Part shown: piece after piece, positions 12,383 to 25,483 of the stretch
How positions within the stretch are numbered: position 1 is the first letter of the stretch
Layout: each line of letters opens with the position of its first letter
DNA from: Somniosus microcephalus
Taxonomy: Eukaryota
Direction of reading: 5' to 3'
DNA length: 64,000 nucleotides
Assembly: GCA_052327205.1 (NCBI GenBank)
Contig: CM126212.1
Span: 46,562,001-46,626,000, forward strand
Translations under genes and position numbers: made by a program
Notes under the pieces: model-generated
The model's input: only the letters and a program-made list of their open reading frames with translations
Told to the model about the DNA's origin: nothing
Database searches by the model: none

Positions 12383-13417
12383 CAAAGCTAAGTGCTTAAG
12401 AAACCTAAAGCCAGTTCTGGTTCACAGTCGGAATTGGGCTTTTGAGACTGGCGATCGAATTTCCCAATATGGATTTTCCAAGCTATGGTGGAAGCCTTGC
12501 TGCCATTACTCAGAAACAACCCCACTTCCTCTGCTTATGAGAACTTAAGTGTCAGTAGGAAAAAAAATGAAGTGAAATGGTTTAAGAAATGACCGAAAAG
12601 CATTTACTTTAACTTTACTGTGTCCTTCCACGATATTACAAAGCCACCCTAGAAACACATTTCATGTGGGCATGATTGAAGGGACATCAAAAATGACTTC
12701 ATATCAGAAAATGGTGTGCAGGTAGTCCCTGTCCCAGATTTAATATTTAATAATGCTCCCATCAACTTGAGGCAAGAGCGTTCAAAACCAGTGCTCCCCA
12801 CTCACATGAAACGGTGTGTGATGTAACTCTGTATTTATAAAACATTAACAAATCACTGTTCAAGAGGTTTACTAACAAAATCAGAATGAAAGTAACAAAT
12901 TACCTGTAAAAACCTAAGACCTAATGAGAACAAATCAACAATCATTAGTGTGAAAAATCTGTCAATAAAAGAGCCAGTTTTCCCACTCTGCTTCCTGATT
13001 ATATTCTTAAAATAAGGTTTGTAACATTAAAAACGTTTAGGAAATTACATTTTTCATAATGCCTTTTATTAAACGTAACTATAAAATTGTCGTCAAGTAC
13101 CTTCATTGAAGTTTTTACTTGAAGGCCTCAGCCTGGGTTTGCAGTTGATGGTTTTTCCCATAGCTACCGTTGTCTGAATATTCTGGGTGAGTGCAGTCGG
13201 AACATGTGCAGAGTGCTGAATTCCCCAGCATTCATCCGGGTAATTCTCAATATGTAACTTGAAGACGCTCTTTCCTCATGGCGTAACAAGACTTCTGAGT
13301 TCCTTTGTTTTTTCAAATTATTTGAAAACCAACTGGAGAATTTTAACAGTTTTATTCAGGTAGTTTCACATTCAAGCTCTGATCAAGTCCTTAGTTTTTA
13401 CTTCAGAGAGTGCTAGC

Positions 13418-15269
13418 TTTTTTTTAAATTCGTTTTTATGGGATGTGGGCATCGTTGGCAAAGCCAGCATTTATTGCCCATCCCTAATTGCCCTTGAAAA
13501 GGTGGTGGTAAGCTGCCTTCTTGAACCGCTGCAGTCTGTGTGGTGAAGGTACTCCCACAGTGCTGTTAGGGAGGGAGTTCCAGGATTTTGACCTAGCGAC
13601 GATGAAGGATCGGCGATATACTTCTAAGTCAGGATGATGTGTGACTTGAGGGGAACTTGGAGGTGGTGGTGTTCCCATGCGTCTGCTGCCCTTGTTTGGG
13701 AGGTGTTGCCGAAGAAGCCTTGGCAAGTTGCTGCAGTGCATCTTGTAGATGGTACACACTGCAGCCACAGTACGCCGGTGGTGGAAGGAGTGGATGTTTA
13801 AGGTGGTAGAGGGGGTGCCAGTCAAGCGGGCTGCTTTGTCCTGAATGGTGTCGAGCTTCTTGAGTGTTGTTGGAGCTGCACTCATCCAGGCAAGTGGAGA
13901 GTATTCCACCACACTCCTTACTTGTGCCTTGTAGATGGTAGAAAAGCTTTGGGGAGTCAGGAGGTGAGACACTCGCCGCAGAATACCGAGCCTCTGACCT
14001 GCTCTTGTTGCCACAGTATTTATGTGGCTGGTCCAGTTAAGTTTCTGGTCAATGGTGACCCCCAGGATGTTGATGGTGGGGGATTCGGTGATGGTAATGC
14101 CATTGAATGTCAAGGGGCGGTGTTTAGACTCTGGCTTGTTGGAGATGGTCATTGCCTGGCACTTCTGTCGCGCGAATGTTACCTGCCACTTATCAGCCCA
14201 AGCTTGAATATCGTCCAAGTCTTGTTGCATGCGGGCATGGACTGCTTCAATATCTGAGGAGTTGTGAATGGCACTGAACACTGCAGTCATCAGCGAACAT
14301 CCCCATTTCTGACCTTATGTTGGAGGGAAGGTCATTGATGAAGCAGCTGAAGATGGTTGGGCCTAGGACACTGCCCTGATAAACTCCTGCAGCGATGTCC
14401 TGGGGCTGTGATGATTGACCTTCAATCACCACAACCATCTTCCTTTGTGCTAGGTATGACTCCAGCCAGTGGAGAGTTTTCCCCCCGATTCCCACTGACT
14501 TCAGTTTTACTAGGGCTCCTTCATGCCACACTCTGTCAAATGCTTGATGTCAAAGGCAGTCACTCTCACCTCGCATCTGAAATTCAGCTCCTTTGTCCAT
14601 GTTTGGACAAAGGCTGTAATGAGGTTGGCAGCCGAGTGGTCTTGGCGGAACCCAAACTGAGCATCAGTGAGCAGGTTATTGGTGGGTAAGTGCCGCTTGA
14701 TAGCACTGTCGATGACACCTTCCATCACTTTGCTGATGATTGAGAGTAGACTGATTGGCCAGATTGGATTTGTCCTGCTTTTTGTGGACAGGACACATCT
14801 GGGCAGTTTTCCACATTGTTGGATAGATGCCAGTGTTGAAGCTGTACTGGAACAGTTTGGCTAGAGGCGCGGCTAGTTCTGGAGCACAAGTCTTCAGCAC
14901 GACAGCCGGGATGTTGTCGGGGCCCATTGCCTTTGCTGTGTCCAGTGCGCTCAGCCGTTTCTTGATATCACGTGGAGTGAATCGAATTGGCTGAAGACTA
15001 GCTTCTGTGATGGTGGGGACCTCGGGAGGAGGCCGCTATGGAGCATCCACTCTGCATTTCTGGCTGAAGACGGTTGCAAATGCCTTGTCTTTTGCACTCA
15101 CGTGCTGGGCTCTACCATCATTGAGGATGGGGATATTCCTGGAGCCTCCTCCTCCAGTTAGTTGTTTAATTGTCCACCACCATTCACAACTGGATGTGGC
15201 AGGACTACAGAGCTTTGATCTGACCCGTTGATTGTGGGATCGCTTAGCCCTGTCTATAGCATGCTGTTT
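13418..15269 (-). mobile_element. 5'-truncated CR1/L2-group LINE, RT region
   Basis: MGPDNIP, AQFGFRQ, QGSVLGP, MFADD, VRSVVEYSPLAW; several frameshifts. Confidence 0.88.
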
Positions 15270-15959
15270 GTAAAAGCCCTGCCATCCTGCAGTATAGTGG
15301 AGGTAATTGAATTTATTTCCTATAAAAACTTGATGATGCTTATTGGAGGAAAATTCTAGAAATGTTCCTGATTGACAGAAAAACTGCACATTCAGAGCAT
15401 CCCAGAAACAAACTGCAGAATGTTTTTTATAAGATTTTGGTAAACTTTCAGATTCAAATGATCAAATGCTTAATTCTATTTTAGAGATTAAGTTGAAGAG
15501 TGTAGGGGAGTGATTACAGCACTTGTGCTTCCTGTTTATGCTTAAAAATCATATTATTTACAGAAAATGTATTTATATTTCTCAATAAAGCTGTTGAATT
15601 GTGTTTTCATTGAGTGTGCAGCTATTTGTTTGCGTTTCCAAATTCTAAAGAAAGAAAGATAGCAAGAACTTGCATTTATGAAATGTCTTTCCTGACCTCG
15701 GGATCTCCCAAAGCAGTTTACAGTCAATCAAGTACTTTGTAGTCACTGTTGTAATGTAGGAATGTGAAAACAAGATGAATTTAAGAAGATTTTTTGAATT
15801 TAGGTTTCACATGAAAGCTATTCTCTCACTTTTTACTGCAGAAAGAGATACTAGCTGAGAGAGACAGTTTTCTCTTTGTCTGATTAGAACACCGATTCTC
15901 TTTTTGTTCATATTTGATAAGTCTAAGATAATTATTTACATATTGATTGCTTACACAGC

Positions 15960-17080
15960 TGCAATGGTGAATGAAAGCCCAACAACTTTACTCGAGTTCT
16001 TGAAGGAAATGGCGGACCTTGTTGTTAATAGGAAATTCTGTGCATTTGATATATTTAGATTTCAGCAAAAATAATCGTTGCATAAGTGATTAGTTCATAA
16101 AATAGGAATGCATGGAATAGGAGGCAAGCTTCAGGGGTGGATTTAAAAATTGGCTAATCTGAAGGATGGCTGTGACTAGAGCTGTCTCAACATGGCAAAG
16201 GGTCACTAATGGGGTGCCACAGGGATCGGTGCTGGAATTATTGCTGTTTACAGTTTATGTAAGTGTTTTGGCTTGGGGACAGGCACAAAACTGTCTTAAA
16301 TTTGCAGATGACACTTAATTGGGGAGGATTTCAAACAGTAGGGAAGAGACAAAGCAAATACAAAGGGATCTGAATAGGTTGGAAAGATAGACAATTGAGC
16401 AGCAAATAGCATTTGGACCAATGTAGGATAATAAGACTAACGAAGGAAAATAAACAGTGGGAATATAAACTAAACGGTTGTAGGCTACAGGACACAACAG
16501 GAGAGGAATCTGGGGGTACTAGTGCATAGCTCATTGAAATCAACAGTGCAGTTTGCAACAGCAGTAACTAAAACTAATCGGATCTTGGGATACATAACCA
16601 GAGGAATAAACATCAGGATGTGAAGATGAGTCTGGACAAAGTGCGGGTACAGGCATACCTGAAATACTGTACAATTCTGGTCACCTTGCAACAGCAAAAT
16701 CCAGGTATTGGAGCTAGTGCAGAAAAGAACAACCAAACTGATACCTACATTAAAGCTTCTGAGCTATGCGGAGATGTTGGAGACCTTGAGATTTACTCTG
16801 AAGAAGAGAAGGATCGGGGGATATTATTCAAATATTGAAGCCTGATGCTTTCGAGATTTGTTACAGACTCTAGAACGATGGGAAATGGGGCATGTTTACA
16901 GGAGAAAAGATGTATAGACAGTTCAGATTAACTACTTTTATGGAGAAGGTTGTGAGCATATGGAATGGAAAGCCCAGGGAGGCAGTGGAAAAAATTAGAG
17001 GAGAATTGGATAGATATTTGATAGTGGGTGAATGAAAGGTATTAAATTTTGAAACCGGTCAAATGGACTGCAGTGTCTTT
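15960..17080 (+). mobile_element. Old degenerate CR1 RT fragment
   Basis: GVPQGSVL and KFADDT remnants, many stops. Confidence 0.7.
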
Positions 17081-17170
17081 TTCTTATCCTGCACTTTCCT
17101 ATGAGGCACCTCTTTTAAATTGGTGTTGCATTTTAGATGGCCATGGCTAATTTGGGACAGTTGCTGAATC

Positions 17171-18006
17171 ATGGGCGATTTTGCCAGCCCTGGGGAGGCG
17201 GGTATGAAGGCGGGACTACCGAGAAAATGGCAGAATTTGGGGGCGGGTGGCAAACCCGCCCCTAACCCGCCTCAATGCCATCTTCCCAGGAGGCAGGTTG
17301 CCGTCCCGCGCCGGGTCCCATCTCCTTGGAGGCGGGAAGGGATTACAGCCTATTAACTGCCAGTTAACAGGCAGAAAATAGGATTATCCCCTTTTTGCCC
17401 TCACGGATGCGGGCTTCCCGAAGGCGCCAAAACCCGCCAGCTCAGCTCAGCTCAGCGAGGACGGGGTCGGGGGGGGGGGGGGGGGTGCAAAAGTGTGGTG
17501 TGAAGGTAAGTGATGGGTGCAAGAGTGTAGAGGTGAGTATCTGAGGTAAGTGCAAAGTGTTTTTAAAAGTGTACTTACCTTTGTTTCTTCCTGCAGGCTT
17601 CAGTCGGTTTGTATACGGAGAGTCTCGGACCTCCGTGTTGCAGATGAGAGATGGCCGTTGCATTCTCAGATGCAACAACCAATTCTTTTCTGTAAAAGAA
17701 AGAAGGTTGATGAGGTCTTGTATGCAAGACCTCATCAAACTGCAGAGATTGTCACTGTTTGACAGCTTCACAGAGCTGTCAAACGATGACAATTCATCGG
17801 TCAATTTTTGACAGATGAAACATCATACATTGACGTGCTCTGCAACTGGCTTTCCCGTAATTGGCCTGCTAAGCCCGCTGAGCGGGCTTGACAAGATCAA
17901 TCAAGGGAAAATAGCATGGGTTGGCCACAAATCGATGGGGGCGAAACTGAAACCCGACCAGCAGCAGTCCCACCTCCAACACGCCTCCATTCACAAAATC
18001 GCCCCC
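17171..18006. mobile_element. Harbinger-like MITE family A, same orientation as 3595
   Basis: gggcgatttt ... aaaatcgccccc ends; collinear homology to 3595-4397. Confidence 0.8.
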
Positions 18007-18929
18007 ACAGAGAGACCAGTCTACAGCTGTCATGGGAAAGGGGTAAGAATAGAAAAGGCCAACTTTGAACACTGTTCAGGACTATAATTTGATGTTTTTG
18101 CTGCATTAAGCATTTGTGTACAAGAATTATAGACTCAAAGAGCAACATTTCATTATCTTTGAAATCAGCCAAGTAATGGAAAATGTTAGAAAAAGTAGTT
18201 TGGTAATATTGCCAGTGTGAAGACTGATTTCAGAGTGTGTGAGTGTCATTAAATGCTGGCCTTGTCAGCAACACCCACATCCCATAAAAACGAATTAAAA
18301 AGATGTCGGGGACTGTACTGCATTGTACTTTACAATCAAGTTTCAAAAATCATGCTGGGCTATAGGGCTCACGCTACTGCCCAGGTCTTGCACACAGAGG
18401 ATAGCTTATCGGAAAATGTTGCTCCTACTGCCTGCGACTTTTCTGTCCATTAAATGTCAGTGGACAAAAAATCATTGGCAATGCACCTGCAATTTTCCAG
18501 TTAATCACCCACTGTGTGCGAGGCTGTACGGTATAAAGCCCACCAAATTGGTTTTCAAATGTACATTTAGCTCCATCCAGCAGTCTTATTTAGTTTGCAG
18601 TTTCTGGAGATAAAAATCTTGATCATTTGTCATTAACAACTATGTTGTTATCTCAAACTACAAAGCTGTTTCTAAGGAATCGTTTCCACTTGTTTTGTTT
18701 TTCCTCTCAGTAGTAGAATGGCATTGATAAAGGTCATGGTGACTGCCCATTTCCCTATTGGATATAAAATGTTTGCAACATTCATGTAGCTTGAATTATG
18801 CATTTTAATCAATCTTAAATACACTTGGATTTAGGACAATCAAACATTTCTGTGTATGCACAAGTTAATGTGTTTATATACTGCTTTGAGTAGATATATT
18901 TATGCTTCTCAAAGTCTCGCAGCTCAGTG

Positions 18930-20570
18930 GTATCCCATGTGTCACGTGTTAAATCCATCCTCCTCCACCAACTTTCCTCCTCCGTGCTTCATCTCCATTG
19001 AACTGCCCTCACTTCACATAGGCCCTGAATTTGCGGTTGGCGGCGTACCTCCGGAGTACGCCTCCGACCCACGAAATATTTCTGAACTTACCTCCTGGCT
19101 CCACAGCTACGGAAAGTTTGGGTCCTGGGCCCCTAGGTGTACGCCTGCGTAAAGGCCCATGGATCCCAGGGATGCAGGCAGTTCGGAAGCGTCCCTGGGA
19201 TCACGTGGGCCCGGTCCTCCAATGAGAAAGGAGGATTCCATTGCAGTCATTTTCGAATGGAATCCCCTAATGACATGCAATAGAATCCCCAAATAATTAA
19301 ACAATTTAGACAACTCTAATAAATATAAATGTCTGATTTTCAAATTTAATCAAAAGTCCCTTAATTACACCAAATACAATTTAAAAAAAAAAAAAAAAAT
19401 TAAAAATTAAAAAAAAAATAACTTTGAACATTTTAATCCAGGCCAATATTTGCATAAACGAATTTTAAGTGTTTCTGCATTATTTTTTATTCTTAAATTT
19501 TTAATTTAAGATTTCTATTAACCCTTGCTTCCGCCTGCTTTTACCAGCCTGTAAGAGTTTCGTGGGCAGTAGTCGGGTAAATAGCCCAACTCTGTGCCAT
19601 CGAAAATGATTTCTCAGTCGGTTCAGTAGATCTGTCAAGGTGTACCTTGACGGATCACAAGTTCTGGGTTTTCACGCATGCGCAGTGCATGGGGAAACCC
19701 GGAACTTGCCGACCCAAACAGAAGGATTAGGACAGCATACGCTGAGCATACACCGTCGAAGACACCATAAATTCTGGTCCATTAACTTGCACGCGCATAG
19801 ATAGCTAGTAATCTCTACCTCTTCACCACCTCTTCGATTGTCTCTGTGCCATCAGATATTCAGTGGTGGATCTCGACATCGAGAGGACCAAAGTCATAAC
19901 ATTGGCCCCTGCTACAAACTTTTCTGCCTGATCACTGATGCCATCCCCCCTCCCTGGCCACTGTCTGTGGCTCAAAAGACTGTTCAGAGCCTCAGAATCC
20001 TGTTCAAACCGTAGTTTCTTTCAGATGCTACATTGCCTACCTCCATTCCTACCTCTGCCCCATTGCTGCTGATACCCTCATACATGCTTTTGTCACCTCC
20101 AGATTCGTCTACTCCAATGCTGCTCTTGCTGTCCTTTCCTTTACGTTCCATTGACTACGAATTGTGCTCGAAAACCCTGCTTCACAAATCTTGTCCTGCC
20201 TAAGTTATTCTTGCCCATTACCCATGTCCTTGCTCACCTACATTTGACTCTCTGTCCCCATACATGTTAAATTTAACATCCTTATCTTTAAATTCCTCCG
20301 TGACCTCACCCCACCCAACCTCCACAATCTTCTTCAGCGCTACATGTCCTCTGAATATTCTGTTCCTCTGTCTCTTGCTTTTTATGCATCCACCTCCTAC
20401 TTTTGCATCACCATTTCCTTCAGACTTCAGAGGTGTGGCTGTTACTGTCAAGAATTTCCTCCTTTTAATGTCTCCATTTTCCTCTCCTTTTTTAAAAAAG
20501 AAACAGATTTTAGACCAAGCCTTTGATCACTTCCTACCTGGATCAGCATCTGTTTTCTTTGTGCCGATCT
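18930..20570 (+). mobile_element. Old L2-like LINE 3' remnant, interrupted at 19021-19780
   Basis: Pyrimidine-rich; IHAFVTSR..YSN-like remnant near 20080 and tttagaccaagcctttgatcac tail motif shared with other L2 tails here. Confidence 0.55.
19021..19780. mobile_element. Harbinger-like MITE related to family B
   Basis: Imperfect TIR ggccctgaattt/aaattctggtcc; shares gcgtccctgggatcacgtgggcc with 2739-2761; AT-rich centre. Confidence 0.7.
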
Positions 20571-21584
20571 GAAATGTCTTGAAAACCTTCATAAATTAAA
20601 GGCTCTGTTATAATTGCAGGTTTTTTATTGCTTATATGCTGTCCCTCGGTGACATTATCGTAAGCATGGGGCAGTTTCCATCTTCCCACTGCCACCACCG
20701 TGCTTGTTTCCACACTCCTTGTTGTCAGACTGTTTATCTGGCATTGTCATGACTAGGTCAGAACAACTGAACATTGGGGAAAAATAAAGCTACCAAATTG
20801 GCTTCCAACAATACTCTGACCCCATCGCGCCCCCTCCCCCTAGCTGCTCACAAAGCGGAACCAGATAGTGTGCAACCTCCTTGTGCTCAAGACTCAACTT
20901 CTTTAATGTCCTCCAGAGCTCCATTTTGCACAAACCCCCAACTCAATCAAAACTCCATTGTCTACACTAAGTCTTGCTAACTTATCACTCTGTCCTCACC
21001 GGCTCCCCATCCCCAGTTGAGAACCCTTGTCCATGTTTACAAATCACTCCATAGCCTCACCCCAGCCTACCTCTGTGACCTCCCCCAGCAATAATCCCAG
21101 CCCATGCTCTTTGGTCCTCTGATCTCTGACCTCCTGTCCTTCAACAGTGGTAGAATCTTCAGCCATCTCAACCCTACCCTCCCCCCAAAGTTCTTTGGCT
21201 TGCTACTTCTCTCACCACTTATAAAGCCTCTTCAAAACATGTAGTTTCAACTGTCCTTTCTGACATCTCTCTTAACTCTACTACTACCCCATGGTTTCTG
21301 CCTTCTCCTATATGAAGCAACTTGAGATGTTTGCATTAAATGCAACTTGTTTTTAGGTTAAAATCTTAATTAGCTTACATAATCAATATCTGTTAACGTA
21401 ATAATGCTGATTTCTAATCAAAAAACATTTCTATTTACTAGAGAAGTAACAAAAGCTACCAATCCATAACCAACACAAGCCAAAGAATCAAACATTGTGT
21501 TTTTTCATAGCTACTATTCACAAACCAGCAAGTATCATAAGATCAAACAACAACAACTTGCAATTATATAACCCCTTTAATGTA

Positions 21585-22804
21585 TGTAAGAAGTCACACA
21601 ACACCAGGTTATAGTCCAACAGCTTTATTTGAAATCACAAGCTTTCGGAGCGCTGCTCCTTCTTCAGGTGAAGTGGAGAAATGCATAAAGACACAGCTTA
21701 TATAGTCAGAGAATCATGTCAGATGTTTACAGGTAACCTTTCCAACTGCCATTTATCACACCTCGGCAGAGAGCTAATCACAGCAGTCAAAGGTGTGAAT
21801 GGTGTCCAAACAGGTCAGTCAGGGAAACATTACATCAAAGAACAATGAGGTGGGGTCACAAGGGGTCAAATATTGCAGATGCTGGGGTCTGTATGAAAAA
21901 CAAAAAAACAGACAAAAAACATTTTTTTTGGCTGGAAATCACAGCAGGTCCGGCCGCATCTGTGTAGAGAGAACAAGCCAATGTCGACTCGAGTCTGGAT
22001 GACCCTGCGTCAGGTGGGGTTACATGTAGCGTGACATGAATCCAAGATCTCTGTTGAGGCCGTCCTCATGGGTGTGGAACTTGGCTATCAGTTTCTGCTC
22101 GACGATTTTGCGTTGTCGTGTGTCTCGAAGGCCGCCTTGGAGAATGCTTACCCGAAGATCGGAGGCTGAATGTCCTTGACTGCTGAAGTGTTCCCCGACT
22201 GGGAGGGAACACTCCTGCCTGGCGATTGTTGCGCGGTGTCCGTTCATCCGTTGTCGCAGTGTCTGCATGGTCTCGCCGATGTACCATGCTCCGGGGCATC
22301 CTTTCCTGCAACGTATGAGGTAGACAACGTTGGCCGAGTCACATGAGTATGTGCCATGTACCTGGTGGGTGGTGTCCTCACGTGTGATGATGGTATCTGT
22401 GTTGATGATCTGGCATGTCTTGCAGAGGTTGCTGTGGCAGGGTTGTGTGGTGTCGTGGTCGCTGTTCTCCTGAAAGCTGGGTAATTTGCTGCGAACGATG
22501 GTCTGTTTGAGGTTAGGCGGCTGTTTGAAAGTGAGTAGTGGAGGCGTGGGGATGGCCTTAGCGAGGTGTTCGTCGTCATCGATGACATGTTGAAGGCTGC
22601 GAAGAACATGGCGTAGTTTCTCCGCTCCGGGGAAGTACTGGACGACGAAGGGTACTCTGTTGGTTGTGTCCCGTGTTTGTCTTCTGAGGAGGTCCATGCG
22701 ATTTTTCGCTGTGGCCCGTCGGAACTGTCGATCGACGAGTCGAGCGTCATATCCCGTTCTTACAAGGGCGTCTTTCAGTGTCTGTAGGTGTCCATCGCGT
22801 TCCT
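21585..22804 (-). mobile_element. 5'-truncated Penelope-like element (RT C-terminus, GIY-YIG endonuclease, pLTR)
   Basis: ORF 22020-22826 with CxxxxCxxC linker, NVVYLIRC...WYIGET...RMNGH and GLN; 13-bp duplication cccctttaatgta at 21572 and 22922. Confidence 0.92.
21635..21671 (-). ncRNA. Minimal type I hammerhead ribozyme in the Penelope pLTR
   Basis: Minus RNA: UCAC-CUGAAGA-A-GGAGC agc GCUCC-GAAA-GCUU-GUGA; core, stems I and II and palindromic AAGCUU stem III present. Confidence 0.8.
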
Positions 22805-23112
22805 CCTTCAGCTGCCTAGGCCTCAAGCTCTGGAATTCCCTCCCTAAACCTCTCTTCCTTTAAGACCCTCCTCAAAATCTACCTCTTTGACCAAGCTTAG
22901 TCACCCCTCCTAATATTTCCTCCCCTTTAATGTAGGAAGACAACCCAAGGCGCTTCACCGAGCATAATCAGACAAAACTGACACCGGTCCAAAGGAGGAA
23001 ATATTAGGAGGGGTGACTAAGCTTGGTCAAAGAGGTAGATTTTGAGGAGGGTCTTAAAGGAAGAGAGGTTTAGGGAGGGAATTCCAGAGCTTGGGGCCTA
23101 GGTAGCTGAAGG
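22805..23112. repeat. 119-bp inverted repeat with 70-bp spacer (L2-tail-derived sequence)
   Basis: 22805-22923 is the reverse complement of 22994-23112 with 2 mismatches by eye. Confidence 0.93.
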
Positions 23113-24352
23113 CATGACTGCCAATGGTGGGGGATTGTTTCAACAACTTTTGGCAGCCATTTTGCTTTTTGACATACTTATACATGTACATTTTAAGACA
23201 TAAATAATAGAAAATACTCATCACAAATATTAGCCTTAATTCTATTTTATTTTATCTTCTAAGTTAGATCATTGTTTTCCTTTGTGCGTTATTTTAGTGG
23301 GGCATACTTGCATATATTAGAGAAATTATTGTCAAGATGTGAGGGGCTTTACCCCAAAGTTTAAACCAGTGCACCATCTTCAGGGAATTTTGTACACCCC
23401 GACAGTGTAATGTCACCTACTATACGAAACATACGAAAGTGACAGACAGGAGAAGACCTACTGATCCATCCACCCTGCCCCACACTGTTGTGATGCCTTC
23501 ACAACAAATATAGTCCCCACCCACCTGGATCCAAATAATCTGCTGGGAGAGGCAGAAAAATAGATTAAAAATCCAGGCCAATTAGGAAAACAAAACTGGA
23601 AAATTCTTCTCCAACCCCTTTAGGCGATCTAAACTAGTCCAGGACCCGGATTTATATTACAGGATATCTACCTCTTGTACAAAATGATCTCTGCCCCAGC
23701 CAGAAACCGGTCCAGCTCTCACTTGAAGGGATATAGTAAAAATGCGATTGATTTTTAAAAGTATATGTTAAGTCCCAGATACAGTATATGTTGTTTTAAA
23801 AAAAAATTTTAAAAAAAGTACGTCGTACATTTTTTCCTATTCTCTCTTTCTTGTACAATTTAGCTTTCGTTTAGTTTTCAAACTAAGTTTATTTTTCTGT
23901 GTCTCTATCAACTCATTATCCATGATACCCACATCACTAAATCCTGTCCTTAATTGGCTGAAAATTAATTCCAAAGGCTGTTTTGGAATGCAACACAAAG
24001 TTTTGACATGGTCGCCTCATTCGGCAGCTAGGTCAAAGTTCTGTTGGTTTTCTTGGGCAGACATCAAAATACTTAATGAGATAAATTGTCAGTGGCCCAA
24101 GCACACCAAACCAAGTTACTGCAATGGCCCAAATGTCAACTATTCTTTATGCTTTGCCAATTAGTATGATTGTGCTGTAGGCTTGAAACTGTACTACAGT
24201 TGTTTCTCGCCTGTCAAAACTCAAGAGGTAGGAAAAGTTCTAACCTACCAAACAGTCCCAATTTTAAATGCAATACATAATAGCACACCTGGCAATATGC
24301 TTCTTGTATCTAGTACAAATATAACATGCAAGAAATTTGAAACCAAGCAGAC

Positions 24353-24916
24353 AATAGGCGCTAAAAATTGAGTAGCGCCAGCTTCGCCGGCACGTCGCGC
24401 CATGGTATTGCAGGCCTTTTTCCCCTCCTTAAAGGGGAGGGGCCTTGCGCAGCGCAACCCGGGGCCCAGCTGGGTCCCCAGGGATCGGGAGTGCCGGCAA
24501 AAGAGCCCGGCACTCGAAGTGCCGGGCTCCTGAGCACTCCGCGGGGTGGGGGGTCAGTTCAGGAGGTTGGGGACAGGAGCGCTGGCAGGCAGCCAGCAAA
24601 AGAAATGGCCGCCCCGCACCTCGCCTTTAAATAGCCCCTCCCCAGCCGCAGGTAGGCCCCCCTGACCCCTGTCGGACATAGCGTCCGGCGGTAAGTCGGA
24701 GGGGCGCTCCCGAAGGCCGGGGCGCAAGCGTGGCGCTGTGCATGGCGTTGACGTCGCCGCTGGCGGTGTAGCGCCGCAGGGCGTTACCGGTTGGCACCGC
24801 CGCTAACCTCCCGCTGAATTTCGCTGGAGGCGTGGGCAATGCCGCCCCAGGCGCTAGTTGCTTTGCGCCCTCTTAGGGTGCTAACGGGAGGCGCGAAGCA
24901 ACCCAATTTTCCCCCC
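24353..24916. mobile_element. CpG-rich MITE fragment, one terminus retained
   Basis: Very GC/CpG-rich, GCGCC/GGCGC repeats, ends acccaattttcccccc like the other Harbinger-type TIRs. Confidence 0.6.
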
Positions 24917-25443
24917 ATGACTTTTGACATGCTTTGTTTCCAGCTTTTTCTTGGACTCTCTCATTCCCTGCTCTGTCACCCATTTCCCCCTCTTACTTTT
25001 TTCTCTTTCTTACATCCTGTCTTTTATTTGCTCTTATCTCCTCTATCCATCGTTCCTTCCCTGTGTCTCACGTAGTTACCAGTGGTAAATCTATTGTAGG
25101 TAACACCATTTTCTTTTCCATTACAGAGGCTGACACTGCTGCACATTTATGCTTTAGGCAGTGGCAATACTCCTGCTTGTTTGCTCCACAGCAGCCTGTT
25201 TTAAAAACAAAGTCATGCATTCTGCGCAAAACTGGTTAATACTGTGATTAATGCAGAATATAATTTAGCTGGGTGAGGATGAAAGGAAGGCTACTCGTTA
25301 TAGTTAATTTGCGCATCTCATATTGGGTTTTAAGGTGCTGGTAGGTGCAAAAAGCTGCTTCTGTAGTATAATCCTAATGGGAGAAAAGGGGCCAGAAAGA
25401 TTTGGATGAGTCTTATATTAAAAAAAGCTGTTTTCTTTTACAG

Positions 25444-25483
25444 GTCTCCATTGCCCTATCCTGGTACAGAGAGAGAGTATGAG
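25444..25483 (+). CDS. ZC3H7A: ZC3H7A exon A (SPLPYPGTEREYE)
   Basis: ttttacag acceptor, gag|gtaaaa donor; matches human SPLSYPGTQEQYA. Confidence 0.9.

Noticed and set aside
13300-13365. tttattcag|gtagtt as the missing first coding exon ending FIQ
   Set aside because: Wrong phase for exon A and no similarity upstream to the expected N-terminus
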